Source: Candidatus Parcubacteria bacterium (GTDB lineage: Bacteria > Patescibacteriota > Minisyncoccia > Phycocordibacterales > JAACPR01). From it: a DNA stretch of 64,000 nucleotides. Below are positions 48,213 through 57,992 of this stretch, piece after piece. The notes below the pieces were generated by a model, which was not told the origin of the DNA, did not search any database, and saw nothing but the letters and a program-made list of their open reading frames with translations. Position 1 is the stretch's first letter, and every line of letters begins with the position of its first letter. The stretch is from NCBI GenBank assembly GCA_009995365.1, contig JAACPR010000001.1:30680-94679 (forward strand), in the 5' to 3' direction. The position numbers were made by a program, and so were the translations under genes.

Positions 48213-48563
48213 ATGAAACATCACGATAGAAACAGAAAATTAGGAAGAAACACAAACCAAAGAAGAGCTCTTTTAAAATCTCTTGCTTGTTCTCTTATCC
48301 GTGATGAGAAAATAAAAACAACAGAAGCAAAAGCAAAAGAGCTTAGAAAATTCATTGAAAAACTAGTCACAAAAGCTTCTAAAAATGACCAAGCAACATA
48401 TAGATTTATCTATAGTAAAATTGGTAATAAAACTCAAACAGAAAAACTTATAAAGGATGTTGCGCCAAAATACATCGAGAGAAATGGTGGCTACACAAGA
48501 ATTATTAAATTACCAATCAGAAAGAGTGATGCTAGCAAGATGGCACAAATAGAATTCGTATAA
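48213..48563 (+). CDS. rplQ: 50S ribosomal protein L17
   Basis: 'MKHHDRNRKLGRNTNQRRALLKSLACSLIRDEKIKTT'. Confidence 0.9.
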   Translation: MKHHDRNRKLGRNTNQRRALLKSLACSLIRDEKIKTTEAKAKELRKFIEKLVTKASKNDQATYRFIYSKIGNKTQTEKLIKDVAPKYIERNGGYTRIIKLPIRKSDASKMAQIEFV

Positions 48564-48567
48564 AATT

Positions 48568-48909
48568 ATGAAAATCATAGACGCACAAAACAAACCGATC
48601 GGCAGAGTTGCAACAGAAGCAGCAATGGCTTTGATGGGTAAAGACAAAGTTGAATACCAACCAAACAATCAACCAACTACTAAAGTTCAAATCGAGAACG
48701 CTTCAAAAGCAAAAATTTCTCAGAAAAAATTAAAGGAAAAAATATACACAAGATATACAGGATACCCAGGAGGTCTTAGAGAAAGAACCCTAGAAGAACT
48801 AATCGAGAAAAAAGGTTACGGAGAAGTGTTCAAAAAAGCTGTTTACGGGATGCTTCCTGATAACAAACTTAGAAAAATAATGATGAATAACCTAGAAGTT
48901 ACAGAATAA
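48568..48909 (+). CDS. rplM: 50S ribosomal protein L13 (short form)
   Basis: 'IIDAQNKPIGRVATEAAMALMGKDK', 'YTRYTGYPGGLRERTLEEL', 'AVYGMLPDNKLRK'. Confidence 0.85.
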   Translation: MKIIDAQNKPIGRVATEAAMALMGKDKVEYQPNNQPTTKVQIENASKAKISQKKLKEKIYTRYTGYPGGLRERTLEELIEKKGYGEVFKKAVYGMLPDNKLRKIMMNNLEVTE

Positions 48910-48910
48910 T

Positions 48911-49321
48911 ATGGCTACAAAAACAGAACAAAAATATATCGAAGGAATCGGAAGGAGAAAAGAAGCAGTTTCAAGAGTTAGAATTACACCTTCTAAAAAA
49001 TTCGAAGTTAAAATTAATGATAAAAGTCTAGTAGACTATTTTGACACTAAAGAATTACAAAAAATTGTAGTTGCTTCTTTTGAAGATATAGAAGGTATTA
49101 ACGAAAAATTCTCTGTTTCTGTTCACGTAAAAGGTGGCGGTATTAAATCACAAGCAGAAAGTATTAGACTTGGTTCTGCAAGAGCGCTAGTTAAATTTAA
49201 TGAAGAACTAAGAAAAGATCTAAAAAAATTAGGTTACCTAAAAAGAGATCCTAGAGTAAAAGAAAGAAAGAAATTCGGTTTGAAAAAAGCCAGAAAATCT
49301 GCACAATGGTCAAAACGTTAA
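48911..49321 (+). CDS. rpsI: 30S ribosomal protein S9
   Basis: 'GRRKEAVSRVRI', C-terminal 'RKKFGLKKARKSAQWSKR'. Confidence 0.9.
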   Translation: MATKTEQKYIEGIGRRKEAVSRVRITPSKKFEVKINDKSLVDYFDTKELQKIVVASFEDIEGINEKFSVSVHVKGGGIKSQAESIRLGSARALVKFNEELRKDLKKLGYLKRDPRVKERKKFGLKKARKSAQWSKR

Positions 49322-49382
49322 AATTACGTTTACACTCCTTTATATTACATTTTATAAATTTAATAATTAATTTTTCATTGCT

Positions 49383-49949
49383 ATGCCAAAGGAAAATCAA
49401 GAAAAGACAAACGAAGAAATTGTCTACGATGAATCAGACACTTCTGAAGGTGCTAATTTTGATTTGAGTTCAAAACTTAAAAAAGTAAAAAAAGATCTGA
49501 AAAAATGCCAAGAGGAGAAACAGGAATACTTAAATGGTTGGCAAAGATCAAAAGCTGACTTTATAAACTTTAAAAAAAGATCTGAAGAATCAAAAAAAGA
49601 TATAGCAAAATATGCTAGTGAAAACATAATCCTAGAAATTATCCCAATTATTGATAATTTTGAACAAGCCTTTAAAAATAAACAAGTGTGGGAAAGCGTT
49701 GATGAAAATTGGCGAAAAGGAATCGAAATGATTCATGCCCAGCTAGTTAATGTCCTCAAGAGAAATGGCGTCACAGAAATTGAATCCCTCGGGAAAGAAT
49801 TCGACCCCAAGATTCATGAATCTGTAGAGATAGTAAAAGTTGATGATAAAAAAGATAATGATAAAATCATTGAAGTATTACAGAAGGGTTACAAAATAGA
49901 TGGCAAGGTAATTCGTCACCCTAATGTTAAAGTCGGGAAATTTGAGTAA
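49383..49949 (+). CDS. grpE: nucleotide exchange factor GrpE
   Basis: 'DFINFKKRSEESKKDIAKYASENIILEIIPIIDNFEQA', C-terminal beta domain 'GYKIDGKVIRHPNVKV'. Confidence 0.88.
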   Translation: MPKENQEKTNEEIVYDESDTSEGANFDLSSKLKKVKKDLKKCQEEKQEYLNGWQRSKADFINFKKRSEESKKDIAKYASENIILEIIPIIDNFEQAFKNKQVWESVDENWRKGIEMIHAQLVNVLKRNGVTEIESLGKEFDPKIHESVEIVKVDDKKDNDKIIEVLQKGYKIDGKVIRHPNVKVGKFE

Positions 49950-49974
49950 TTTATTAACTTAACTAAAAAATATT

Positions 49975-51921
49975 ATGTCAAAAATTTTAGGAATTGATTT
50001 AGGAACAACAAACTCAGCGATGGCAATAATCGAAGGTGGTGAACCAGAAATTATTGAAAACGCGGAAGGGAATAGAACTACACCTTCTATTGTTGCTATT
50101 TCTAAAAATAACGAACGTCTAGTTGGCCAATTAGCCAAAAGACAAGCGGTTACAAACCCAAAAAATACTATTTTTGGAATTAAAAGATTTATTGGGCATA
50201 ATTTTGGAGATACTGCAGTAGAAAAGGATAGAAAAACAGTTCCATACGAAGTTAAGAAATCTGACAACGACGGTGTTTTAGTTGAAATGAATGGAAAGGA
50301 TTATCGCCCAGAAGAAGTTTCAGCTATGATTCTACAAAAAATGAAATCTGATGCAGAATCAAAAACTGGCGAGAAGATCACTGAGGCAGTTATCACAGTT
50401 CCTGCTTATTTCAATGATTCCCAAAGACAAGCTACAAAAGACGCGGGTAAAATTGCAGGATTGGAAGTTAAAAGAATTATTAACGAACCTACTGCAGCAG
50501 CACTTGCTTATGGTTTTAATAAAAAGAAAGATGAAAAAATTGTAGTCTTTGACTTTGGAGGAGGAACATTCGATATTTCTGTTTTGGAAGTTGGCGACGA
50601 TGTTGTCGAGGTTAAGTCAACAGATGGTGACTCTCACATGGGAGGTAAAGATATAGACCAAAAAATAATTAAATGGATTATTGATGAATTCAAAAAAGAA
50701 TCAGGTGTAGACATCTCCGGAGATAAACTTGCGCTACAGCGATTAAATGAAGAGGCAGAGAAAGCAAAACTAGAGCTTTCAAGTGCTAGTGAGACTGAGA
50801 TTAATATCCCTTTCTTGACATCAGGAGAAAACGGACCTGTTCACTTTATAAAAAACATGTCTAGAGCTAAATTAGAAGAACTAGCAGAAGAATTTATAAC
50901 TCGTTCAATTGAAATAACTAAAAGAGCAGTCGACGCCTCACCTTTTGAAATTTCAGATATCAATGAAATCATTATGGTTGGTGGGCAAACTAGAATGCCT
51001 AAAATCCAAGAAGAAGTTAAGAAACTTTTCGGAAAAGAACCAAATAAATCAATTAACCCTGATGAGGTTGTTGCTTTGGGTGCTGCAATCCAAGGAGGAA
51101 TTATGCAAGGTGACGTCAAAGATGTTTTACTACTAGATGTTATCCCACTTTCACTAGGAATTGAAACAATGGGTGGAGTTGCAACAAAGCTTATCGAAAA
51201 AAACACAACAATTCCAGCTAACAAATCTCAAATTTTTTCTACAGCAGCCGATAATCAAAACCAAGTAGAGATTCACATTGTTCAAGGTGAAAGATCAATG
51301 GCCGCAGACAACAAATCATTAGGAAGATTTATTCTAGACGGTATTCCACCTGCACCAAGAGGCGTTCCACAAATAGAGGTTTCATTCGATATTGATTCAA
51401 ACGGAATCTTGAATGTTAAAGCGGTCGACAAAGCTTCAAACAAAGAGCAATCAATCAAAATCGAAGCAACATCTGGTCTATCAGAAGAAGATATTGAAAA
51501 GATGCAGAAAGACGCAGAGTTGCATGAAGAAGAAGATAAAAAGAAGAAAGAATTGATTGATACTAAAAATATTGCTGAGCAAACTGCTTATACTGCAGAA
51601 AAAGCATTGAAAGATGCAGGCGATAAAATTCCTGAAGATCTTAAAAAGGGAATTGAAGAAAAAGTTAAATCTACTCGTGAAATATCCGGAAAAGACGATC
51701 TAGAAGCAATTAAAAAATCAACCGAAGAACTTTCAACTGAAATGCAAAAAATCGGTCAATACATGCAAGAGAATCAACAGCAAGATAAAACTTCACAAGA
51801 TGGTTCTGAAAACAAAACAGGTGAAGATGTTAAAGACGCTGAAGTCGAAAAAGAAGATGAAGCTGACCAGTCATCAAATGACTCAAATAATTCAGAAAAT
51901 TCAAACGAAGATAAAAAATAA
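49975..51921 (+). CDS. dnaK: molecular chaperone DnaK (Hsp70)
   Basis: '[15 protein letters not shown]', '[10 protein letters not shown]', '[12 protein letters not shown]', substrate-binding domain and acidic C-terminus. Confidence 0.95.
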   Translation: MSKILGIDLGTTNSAMAIIEGGEPEIIENAEGNRTTPSIVAISKNNERLVGQLAKRQAVTNPKNTIFGIKRFIGHNFGDTAVEKDRKTVPYEVKKSDNDGVLVEMNGKDYRPEEVSAMILQKMKSDAESKTGEKITEAVITVPAYFNDSQRQATKDAGKIAGLEVKRIINEPTAAALAYGFNKKKDEKIVVFDFGGGTFDISVLEVGDDVVEVKSTDGDSHMGGKDIDQKIIKWIIDEFKKESGVDISGDKLALQRLNEEAEKAKLELSSASETEINIPFLTSGENGPVHFIKNMSRAKLEELAEEFITRSIEITKRAVDASPFEISDINEIIMVGGQTRMPKIQEEVKKLFGKEPNKSINPDEVVALGAAIQGGIMQGDVKDVLLLDVIPLSLGIETMGGVATKLIEKNTTIPANKSQIFSTAADNQNQVEIHIVQGERSMAADNKSLGRFILDGIPPAPRGVPQIEVSFDIDSNGILNVKAVDKASNKEQSIKIEATSGLSEEDIEKMQKDAELHEEEDKKKKELIDTKNIAEQTAYTAEKALKDAGDKIPEDLKKGIEEKVKSTREISGKDDLEAIKKSTEELSTEMQKIGQYMQENQQQDKTSQDGSENKTGEDVKDAEVEKEDEADQSSNDSNNSENSNEDKK

Positions 51922-51929
51922 TAATTGTA

Positions 51930-52814
51930 ATGTCAAAAGACTACTACAAAATACTAGGAGTAGACAAATCTGCATCTCAAGATGAAATCAAAAAAGCTTT
52001 TAGAAAATTAGCCCACAAATACCACCCAGATAAAAAGGATGGCGATGAAGCAAAATTCAAACAAGTGAACGAAGCTTATTCTGTTTTATCAAATGAACAA
52101 AAAAGAGCACAATACGATCAATTTGGATCTACAGGTTTTGGTGGTGGAGGTGCTCAGGGCGGATTTTCAGGATTCGAAGGATTTGATTTTTCTCAATTCA
52201 CTCAAAACGGCCAGCGAGTTGATTTTGATGTAGACCTTGGTGAAATATTTGGTAGTTTTTTTAGAGGTGGAGGTGGCTTCTCACGAAGAAGAAAAGGACA
52301 AGATATTAGAGTTGATGTCGAATTAAGCTTTAAAGAATCAATTTTTGGAAAAAAAGAAAAAATTAAAGTCAACTACAAATCAAAAAAACATGAAGAAATA
52401 ACTATTGATATTCCAGCAGGTATTGATAGTGGAGAGATGCTAAGAGTCAGAGGTAGAGGTGAAGAAATTGAAGATGGGACTCCGGGAGATTTGTTCATTA
52501 AGATACACGTAAAACCACACAAAACTCTATGGAAAGAAGGGGCTAACTTGGTAACTGAGAAAAATATAAAATTAACTGAATCAATTTTAGGAACAAAAAC
52601 AGAAATTGATACACCAGAGGAAGAACCTATAACCATTAAAATCCCCGCTGGAACTAAACACGGTGAATTATTGAGATTAAGAGGTAAAGGCGCTCCGGTG
52701 CTTGGAGGATCTCAAAGAGGAGATATTTTAATTAAAATATCAGTCGACATTCCTAAAAAACTATCCAGAAAATCCAGAAAAGCGCTCGAAGAATTGCAAG
52801 AAGAAGGTCTGTAA
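51930..52814 (+). CDS. dnaJ: J-domain co-chaperone, type II (DnaJ/CbpA-like; no Cys-rich zinc-finger domain)
   Basis: J domain '[33 protein letters not shown]'; G/F-rich linker; two C-terminal beta-domains; the protein contains no cysteines. Confidence 0.85.
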   Translation: MSKDYYKILGVDKSASQDEIKKAFRKLAHKYHPDKKDGDEAKFKQVNEAYSVLSNEQKRAQYDQFGSTGFGGGGAQGGFSGFEGFDFSQFTQNGQRVDFDVDLGEIFGSFFRGGGGFSRRRKGQDIRVDVELSFKESIFGKKEKIKVNYKSKKHEEITIDIPAGIDSGEMLRVRGRGEEIEDGTPGDLFIKIHVKPHKTLWKEGANLVTEKNIKLTESILGTKTEIDTPEEEPITIKIPAGTKHGELLRLRGKGAPVLGGSQRGDILIKISVDIPKKLSRKSRKALEELQEEGL

Positions 52815-52873
52815 ACAAAAGTTTTAAACAATCAAATACAGACTTTTTGTTAGTAGTAAGATATAATTAAGTT

Positions 52874-53344
52874 ATGAACGGTATAGGATTTTTGTCATTA
52901 GACATATTGATAATTTTAATATTATTTATTTCACTTTTTCTACTGTCTTTTAAGACAGGTAAAAAGTTATTAACTACACTTATAATATCTATTTATCCAA
53001 CTGTTTTAATTTTCAATAATCTATCGCACGCAAGCTTAGATACTCAGATTATTCAATTAGTAGTTTTATCTGTTTTGTATGCACTATTTTCATTTATTTT
53101 TTGGAAAAATATTCATATAAAAAAATACCATAGTAACAGTAGAAAAATTATAGATTATTTTCTACTAACTACAGCTTTTTTGATATTATTAATTTCAATC
53201 AATATAAACTCTATACCTGCTCTATCTATGCTCTATCAATTTTCTGGATCAATTATTAATTTCATATCTAACATACCTTATTCAATAGCATTAATTATTC
53301 CAATAATAATTATATTAATAACTAACAGAAGAGACCTAGAATAA
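52874..53344 (+). CDS. polytopic membrane protein (5-6 TM helices), possibly the detached sensor domain of the downstream histidine kinase
   Basis: Only hydrophobic helices; the stop is 2 nt before the histidine-kinase ATG. Confidence 0.4.
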   Translation: MNGIGFLSLDILIILILFISLFLLSFKTGKKLLTTLIISIYPTVLIFNNLSHASLDTQIIQLVVLSVLYALFSFIFWKNIHIKKYHSNSRKIIDYFLLTTAFLILLISININSIPALSMLYQFSGSIINFISNIPYSIALIIPIIIILITNRRDLE

Positions 53345-53346
53345 AT

Positions 53347-54387
53347 ATGAGCCCAGAATTAATTTTAACAACAATTATACTAACAACCTTGTCAGCTGTC
53401 GCTTTCATTTTTTTGATTAATCTCAGTTTTAAAAAAGGTAAATTAAAGAGACTTGATTTCAAAAATGTTGCAACACAATTGATATTATTAACAATATGGA
53501 TAAGTATCTTGAGCGACATATTACTTGCCCAAAACAGAACTCAAGAATATGTTAGTATTACTTTCTTTATATTATCAGTATTCATCGGTATATTTTTAAT
53601 AAAAAGCCTGCATGATGAAGACAAATATCAAGAAACAATAAAAGGACTGGTAAATAAATTACAAATAAACAATGAAGAATTAAAACAATTAGACAAGAAA
53701 AAAACTGAATTTGTTTCATTAGCTTCTCATCAACTAAGAGGTCCTTTGTCGGTTATACAAGGATATTTATCTATGGTTTTAGAAGGGGACTACGGTTCTA
53801 TTCCAGAAAAAGCAAAAGAACCTATTTATAGATCTCTTCGTTCCAGTAAGGCACTGAGTCTTTTAATAAACGACTACCTAGATGTCGCCCAAATTGAGAG
53901 AGGAGAAATGGAATATAATATTACAGAAATTAATTTCTCTAATCTCTTAAAAGATGTGGTATCAGAATTTGAAGTCGTCGCCAAAAAATCTAAACTCGAT
54001 TTTATTTTTGAAGACAAAACAAAAAATATAAAAATTAATGGTGATATAAATAAAATCAGACAAGTTCTATCCAACATAATAGATAACGCAATAAAATATA
54101 CAAAAGAAGGTCGGGTAAAAATTTCAACAAAAAGAGAAGACGACAAGATAATTGTCTCTGTTGAAGACACAGGTATAGGCATCAAAAAAGAAAAGATGAC
54201 CGAAATTTTCAATAAATTTGCTAGATCAGAAGAAGCAATAAAAGTTAATGTCGTAGGAACTGGTCTTGGTTTATTTGTCGCAAAAATAATGGTCGAATCA
54301 CAAGACGGTAACATATGGGCACAATCAGAAGGTATAGGAAAAGGATCGACTTTTTATATCTCTTTACCAATTGCAAAAGATAATTAA
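53347..54387 (+). CDS. sensor histidine kinase (HisKA + HATPase_c) with 2 N-terminal TM helices
   Basis: H-box 'LASHQLRGPLSVIQGYL'; N-box 'IIDNAIKYT'; G-boxes 'DTGIGI', 'GTGLGLFVAKIM'. Confidence 0.85.
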   Translation: MSPELILTTIILTTLSAVAFIFLINLSFKKGKLKRLDFKNVATQLILLTIWISILSDILLAQNRTQEYVSITFFILSVFIGIFLIKSLHDEDKYQETIKGLVNKLQINNEELKQLDKKKTEFVSLASHQLRGPLSVIQGYLSMVLEGDYGSIPEKAKEPIYRSLRSSKALSLLINDYLDVAQIERGEMEYNITEINFSNLLKDVVSEFEVVAKKSKLDFIFEDKTKNIKINGDINKIRQVLSNIIDNAIKYTKEGRVKISTKREDDKIIVSVEDTGIGIKKEKMTEIFNKFARSEEAIKVNVVGTGLGLFVAKIMVESQDGNIWAQSEGIGKGSTFYISLPIAKDN

Positions 54388-54405
54388 TTTGTTAATTTTA
54401 ATGTT

Positions 54406-55374
54406 ATGAGAAAAAAACTAGTATCAGGAATTAAACCAACAGGGACACTACATTTAGGAAATTATTTTGGTGCCTTGAAACAATTTGTTGATCTGCAAAA
54501 TGAATATGATTCAAATATTTTTATAGCTGATTTTCACGCTCTAACAACTATACAAGAAAAGGAAGTTCTAGAGAAAAATATAATCAATATAGCTACAGAT
54601 TATTTAGCGGCAGGGATTGATCCTAATAAAGTTAACTTATTCAAACAATCAGATATACCAGAAGTCACCCAAGCAGCTTGGATTTTCAATTGCATCACCA
54701 CGATGCCTTTTTTGATGAGAGCTCATTCATTTAAAGATGCCGAAGCAAAAGACAAAGAAATAAATGTTGGTGTATTCGATTATCCAATTTTAATGGCTGC
54801 AGATATTTTATTGCCAAGCGCGGATGTTGTCCCGGTCGGCAAAGATCAAAAACAGCATGTAGAAATAACTAGAGACATCGCGGAAAAATTTAACAGAATA
54901 TATGGGGAAACTTTCAAATTACCTAAACCAATAATTTTAGAAGAGACCGAGACAGTCCCTGGAATTGACGGTAGGAAAATGAGCAAAAGTTATGGAAATA
55001 TAATTCCACTTTTTGCCACAGATGAAGAGATTGAAAAAGCTGTTATGTCGATAAGAACTGATTCAAAAGCGCCTGATGAACCAAAAAATCCGGACGAGGT
55101 AATAATCTACCAAATACACAAACTAATTTTAAACGAAGAAGAAGACAAAAAAATTAGAGGAAGATACGAATCCGGCATTGGTTACAAAGAAGCTAAAGAT
55201 CTTTTAATCAAAGATTTAAAAAGTTTTATAAAGCCAATGCGTGAAAAAAGGGAATATTGGGTGAATAATCCACAAAAAGTTAAAAGAATTCTTAAGAAGG
55301 GGGCTAAGAAAGCAAAGAAAGAAATTTCGAAAAAGATGGACGAGGTAAGAAATAAGATTGGAATGAATCTTTAA
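54406..55374 (+). CDS. trpS: tryptophanyl-tRNA synthetase
   Basis: 'SGIKPTGTLHLGNYFGAL' (HIGH-like), 'GRKMSKSYGN' (KMSKS). Confidence 0.9.
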   Translation: MRKKLVSGIKPTGTLHLGNYFGALKQFVDLQNEYDSNIFIADFHALTTIQEKEVLEKNIINIATDYLAAGIDPNKVNLFKQSDIPEVTQAAWIFNCITTMPFLMRAHSFKDAEAKDKEINVGVFDYPILMAADILLPSADVVPVGKDQKQHVEITRDIAEKFNRIYGETFKLPKPIILEETETVPGIDGRKMSKSYGNIIPLFATDEEIEKAVMSIRTDSKAPDEPKNPDEVIIYQIHKLILNEEEDKKIRGRYESGIGYKEAKDLLIKDLKSFIKPMREKREYWVNNPQKVKRILKKGAKKAKKEISKKMDEVRNKIGMNL

Positions 55375-55407
55375 TTAATAGATTAATTTTGTTAGTATAA
55401 CTTAAAT

Positions 55408-56700
55408 ATGGAAAGAATTTATATAAAAGATCTAAAAGATCATGCAGGAGAGGAAGTTGTTATCAAAGGATTTGTAGATACTCTAAGAGATCAAAATAAA
55501 ATTGTCTTTATTATACTCAGAGATATAACTGGCAAAATTCAAAACGTAGTTTTAAAAGATTGCGAAGATTTTGATTTAGCCAAAGATTTAACAGAAGAAT
55601 CTGTTATTGAAATTAAAGGTTTAGTAAAAGAAGAAAAGCAGGCACCTGGAGGCTTTGAAATTGAAACAAAAAAAATAGTTTTGTTATCTAGCGCAGCTCC
55701 AGAATTACCAATACCTGTTAACACAAGAAAAGGAGGTGAAGAAACAAATATAACATCTAGATTAGATTATCGCTTTATTGACTTAAGAAAACCTGAAAAA
55801 GCTAACATATTTAAAGCTTGGACTGCTTTTGAAAGAGGAATGAGAAATTATTTTGAAAAGAATAATTTTATCCAAGTTTACACCCCTTCTTTTATGAACA
55901 CATCTAGTGAGACCGGTGCAGAAGTTTTTGAAGTTAGTTATTTTGAAAGAAAAGCTTATCTTGCTCAATCACCACAGTTTTATAAACAAATGGCAATAGC
56001 TTCAGGATTAGAAAAAGTATTTATTTCTGGTCCAGTCTTCCGTGCAGAGGAATCATTCACTACTCGACACATGACAGAATTTACGGGTTGGGACTTTGAA
56101 ATTGGATTTATTAATGATCATCACGACCTAATGAAAAGCGAAGAGGAAATGATCAAAACAGGTTTTGAAAAAATCAAAGAAGACTTGCCAGAATTAGATA
56201 TAGAAATTCCACAAATTCCTTTTCCAAAAATTACAATAAAAGAAGCAAAAGAAAAACTAGAAGCAGCTGGTGTAAAAGGAGAAAAAGAACATGATCTTTC
56301 GCCAGAAGAAGAGAGGAGAATATGTGAGATTATAAAAACAGAAACTGGAAATGATTTTGTTTTTATAACAGATTACGACATTTCTATCAGACCTTTCTAT
56401 CATATGAGGCACGAAAACAATCCTCAACTCACAAAAAGTGCAGACCTTTTATACAAAGGAATTGAGATAACAACACTCGCTCAAAGAGAACACCGACCAG
56501 AAATTCTAGAGAAACAAGCTGTCGAAAAGAAAATGGATTTGAATTTACTTTCAAAATATTTGGAATTCTTCAAATACGGTTGTCCACCACATGGGGGTGG
56601 AGGAATCGGCCCATCAAGACTATTCATGAAGATGTTTGGGTATGACAATGTTAGAGAAGTTACTTTTCTACCAAGAGATGTTAATCGTTTAGAACCGTAA
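55408..56700 (+). CDS. aspS: aspartyl-tRNA synthetase, archaeal/eukaryal type (class IIb, ~430 aa; possibly non-discriminating)
   Basis: OB-fold N-terminus; 'LAQSPQFYKQ'; motif 2 'FRAEESFTTRHMTEFTGWDFE'; motif 3 'GCPPHGGGGIGPSRL'. Confidence 0.7.
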   Translation: MERIYIKDLKDHAGEEVVIKGFVDTLRDQNKIVFIILRDITGKIQNVVLKDCEDFDLAKDLTEESVIEIKGLVKEEKQAPGGFEIETKKIVLLSSAAPELPIPVNTRKGGEETNITSRLDYRFIDLRKPEKANIFKAWTAFERGMRNYFEKNNFIQVYTPSFMNTSSETGAEVFEVSYFERKAYLAQSPQFYKQMAIASGLEKVFISGPVFRAEESFTTRHMTEFTGWDFEIGFINDHHDLMKSEEEMIKTGFEKIKEDLPELDIEIPQIPFPKITIKEAKEKLEAAGVKGEKEHDLSPEEERRICEIIKTETGNDFVFITDYDISIRPFYHMRHENNPQLTKSADLLYKGIEITTLAQREHRPEILEKQAVEKKMDLNLLSKYLEFFKYGCPPHGGGGIGPSRLFMKMFGYDNVREVTFLPRDVNRLEP

Positions 56701-56702
56701 TT

Positions 56703-57440
56703 ATGAACGAAAAGAAAGGTTTCGAAGTTGATACTGATGTTTTTTCTGGACCATTAGATCTGCTACTTAACCTTATTGAAAAAAGAAAACTATTAATAAA
56801 TGAAATATCTTTGGCCAAAATCACGGATGACTATATTTCTTATGTTAATAATATTGAAGAAATTTCAATTTCTGACAAGGCAAATTTTATCTTGATTGCT
56901 TCAACACTACTTTTAATTAAATCAAAATCACTTTTACCAACATTGGAATTAACTGAAGAAGAAGAACAATCCATAGAAGATTTAGAACGGAGACTTAAAA
57001 TTCACAAAAGATTAAAAGCAGTTGAACCAAAAATACAGGAAATGTATTTCAAAAATCCAACTTATTTTAAAAGAGATGTAAAAATAGAAGAAGTTTCTTT
57101 TAGACCAACAAAAAAAACTTCAATTTCTTTTATTAAAGAAACAATCGCTGACATAATCAAAAAACTACCAAAAGTGGAGAAAATTCCAAAGGCGGCGATT
57201 AAGAAAGTTGTTAGCTTAGAAGAAATGATTAACAGACTTACCGAGAGAGTTAAACAGGGCATAAACACTAGCTTTAAAGAGTTTACCGGAATCAACACAG
57301 CACAAAAAACGGATATTATTGTTGGTTTTTTGGCGATGCTACAATTAGTAAAAGATGGTATTATTGAAGTTGAGCAAGAGGAAGGTTATTCTGACATTAA
57401 AATGCAAACAAGAGATTCACATCTGCCAGATTATTCTTAG
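56703..57440 (+). CDS. scpA: segregation and condensation protein A
   Basis: 'FSGPLDLLLNLIEKRKLLINEISLAKITDDYISYV'. Confidence 0.85.
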   Translation: MNEKKGFEVDTDVFSGPLDLLLNLIEKRKLLINEISLAKITDDYISYVNNIEEISISDKANFILIASTLLLIKSKSLLPTLELTEEEEQSIEDLERRLKIHKRLKAVEPKIQEMYFKNPTYFKRDVKIEEVSFRPTKKTSISFIKETIADIIKKLPKVEKIPKAAIKKVVSLEEMINRLTERVKQGINTSFKEFTGINTAQKTDIIVGFLAMLQLVKDGIIEVEQEEGYSDIKMQTRDSHLPDYS

Positions 57441-57446
57441 AAAATT

Positions 57447-57992
57447 ATGGAAAACTTAGTAAACAAAATTGAAAGCTTATTATTCTATCAAGTAGAGCCA
57501 ATGAAAATTAAAAAAATGGCTGAAATTTTGGAAGTTGATGAAGAGAATATAAATCAATCGATACAAGAACTAGAAAAAAATTTAGAGAATAGGGGAGTAA
57601 AATTAATCAAAAACGATGATGTGATCTCTCTTACAACTTCTCCTGAAAATTCAGATATTATTGAAAAAATTAAAAAAGAAGAACAAGATAAAGAATTAAG
57701 CAAAGCTGCGTTAGAAACATTAAGTATAATTTTATACAGGGGTCCTATTAAAAGAAGTGTAATAGATTACATTAGAGGGGTGAATTCTCAATTCAGCCTA
57801 AGATCTCTTTTAATAAAAGGTTTAATTGAAAAAGAGCAGTCAAAAGATGACGAAAGAGCTTTTGTATACAAACCATCAATCGATTTACTTTCATATATGG
57901 GAATTTCAAAAATAGAGGAATTACCAGAATATAAAGAGGTTAACGAAGATATAAATATTTTTATAGAATCAGAAAGAGAAAATGATAAATAA
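57447..57992 (+). CDS. scpB: segregation and condensation protein B
   Basis: Two winged-helix repeats: 'IESLLFYQVEPMKIKKMAEIL', 'ALETLSIILYRGPIKRSVIDYIRGVNSQFSLRSLLIKGLIE'. Confidence 0.85.
   Translation: MENLVNKIESLLFYQVEPMKIKKMAEILEVDEENINQSIQELEKNLENRGVKLIKNDDVISLTTSPENSDIIEKIKKEEQDKELSKAALETLSIILYRGPIKRSVIDYIRGVNSQFSLRSLLIKGLIEKEQSKDDERAFVYKPSIDLLSYMGISKIEELPEYKEVNEDINIFIESERENDK

Noticed and set aside
49322-49382. Looked for CIRCE (HrcA operator) or other heat-shock control element upstream of grpE
   Set aside because: No inverted repeat resembling TTAGCACTC-N9-GAGTGCTAA or any strong palindrome is present in the 61-nt spacer.
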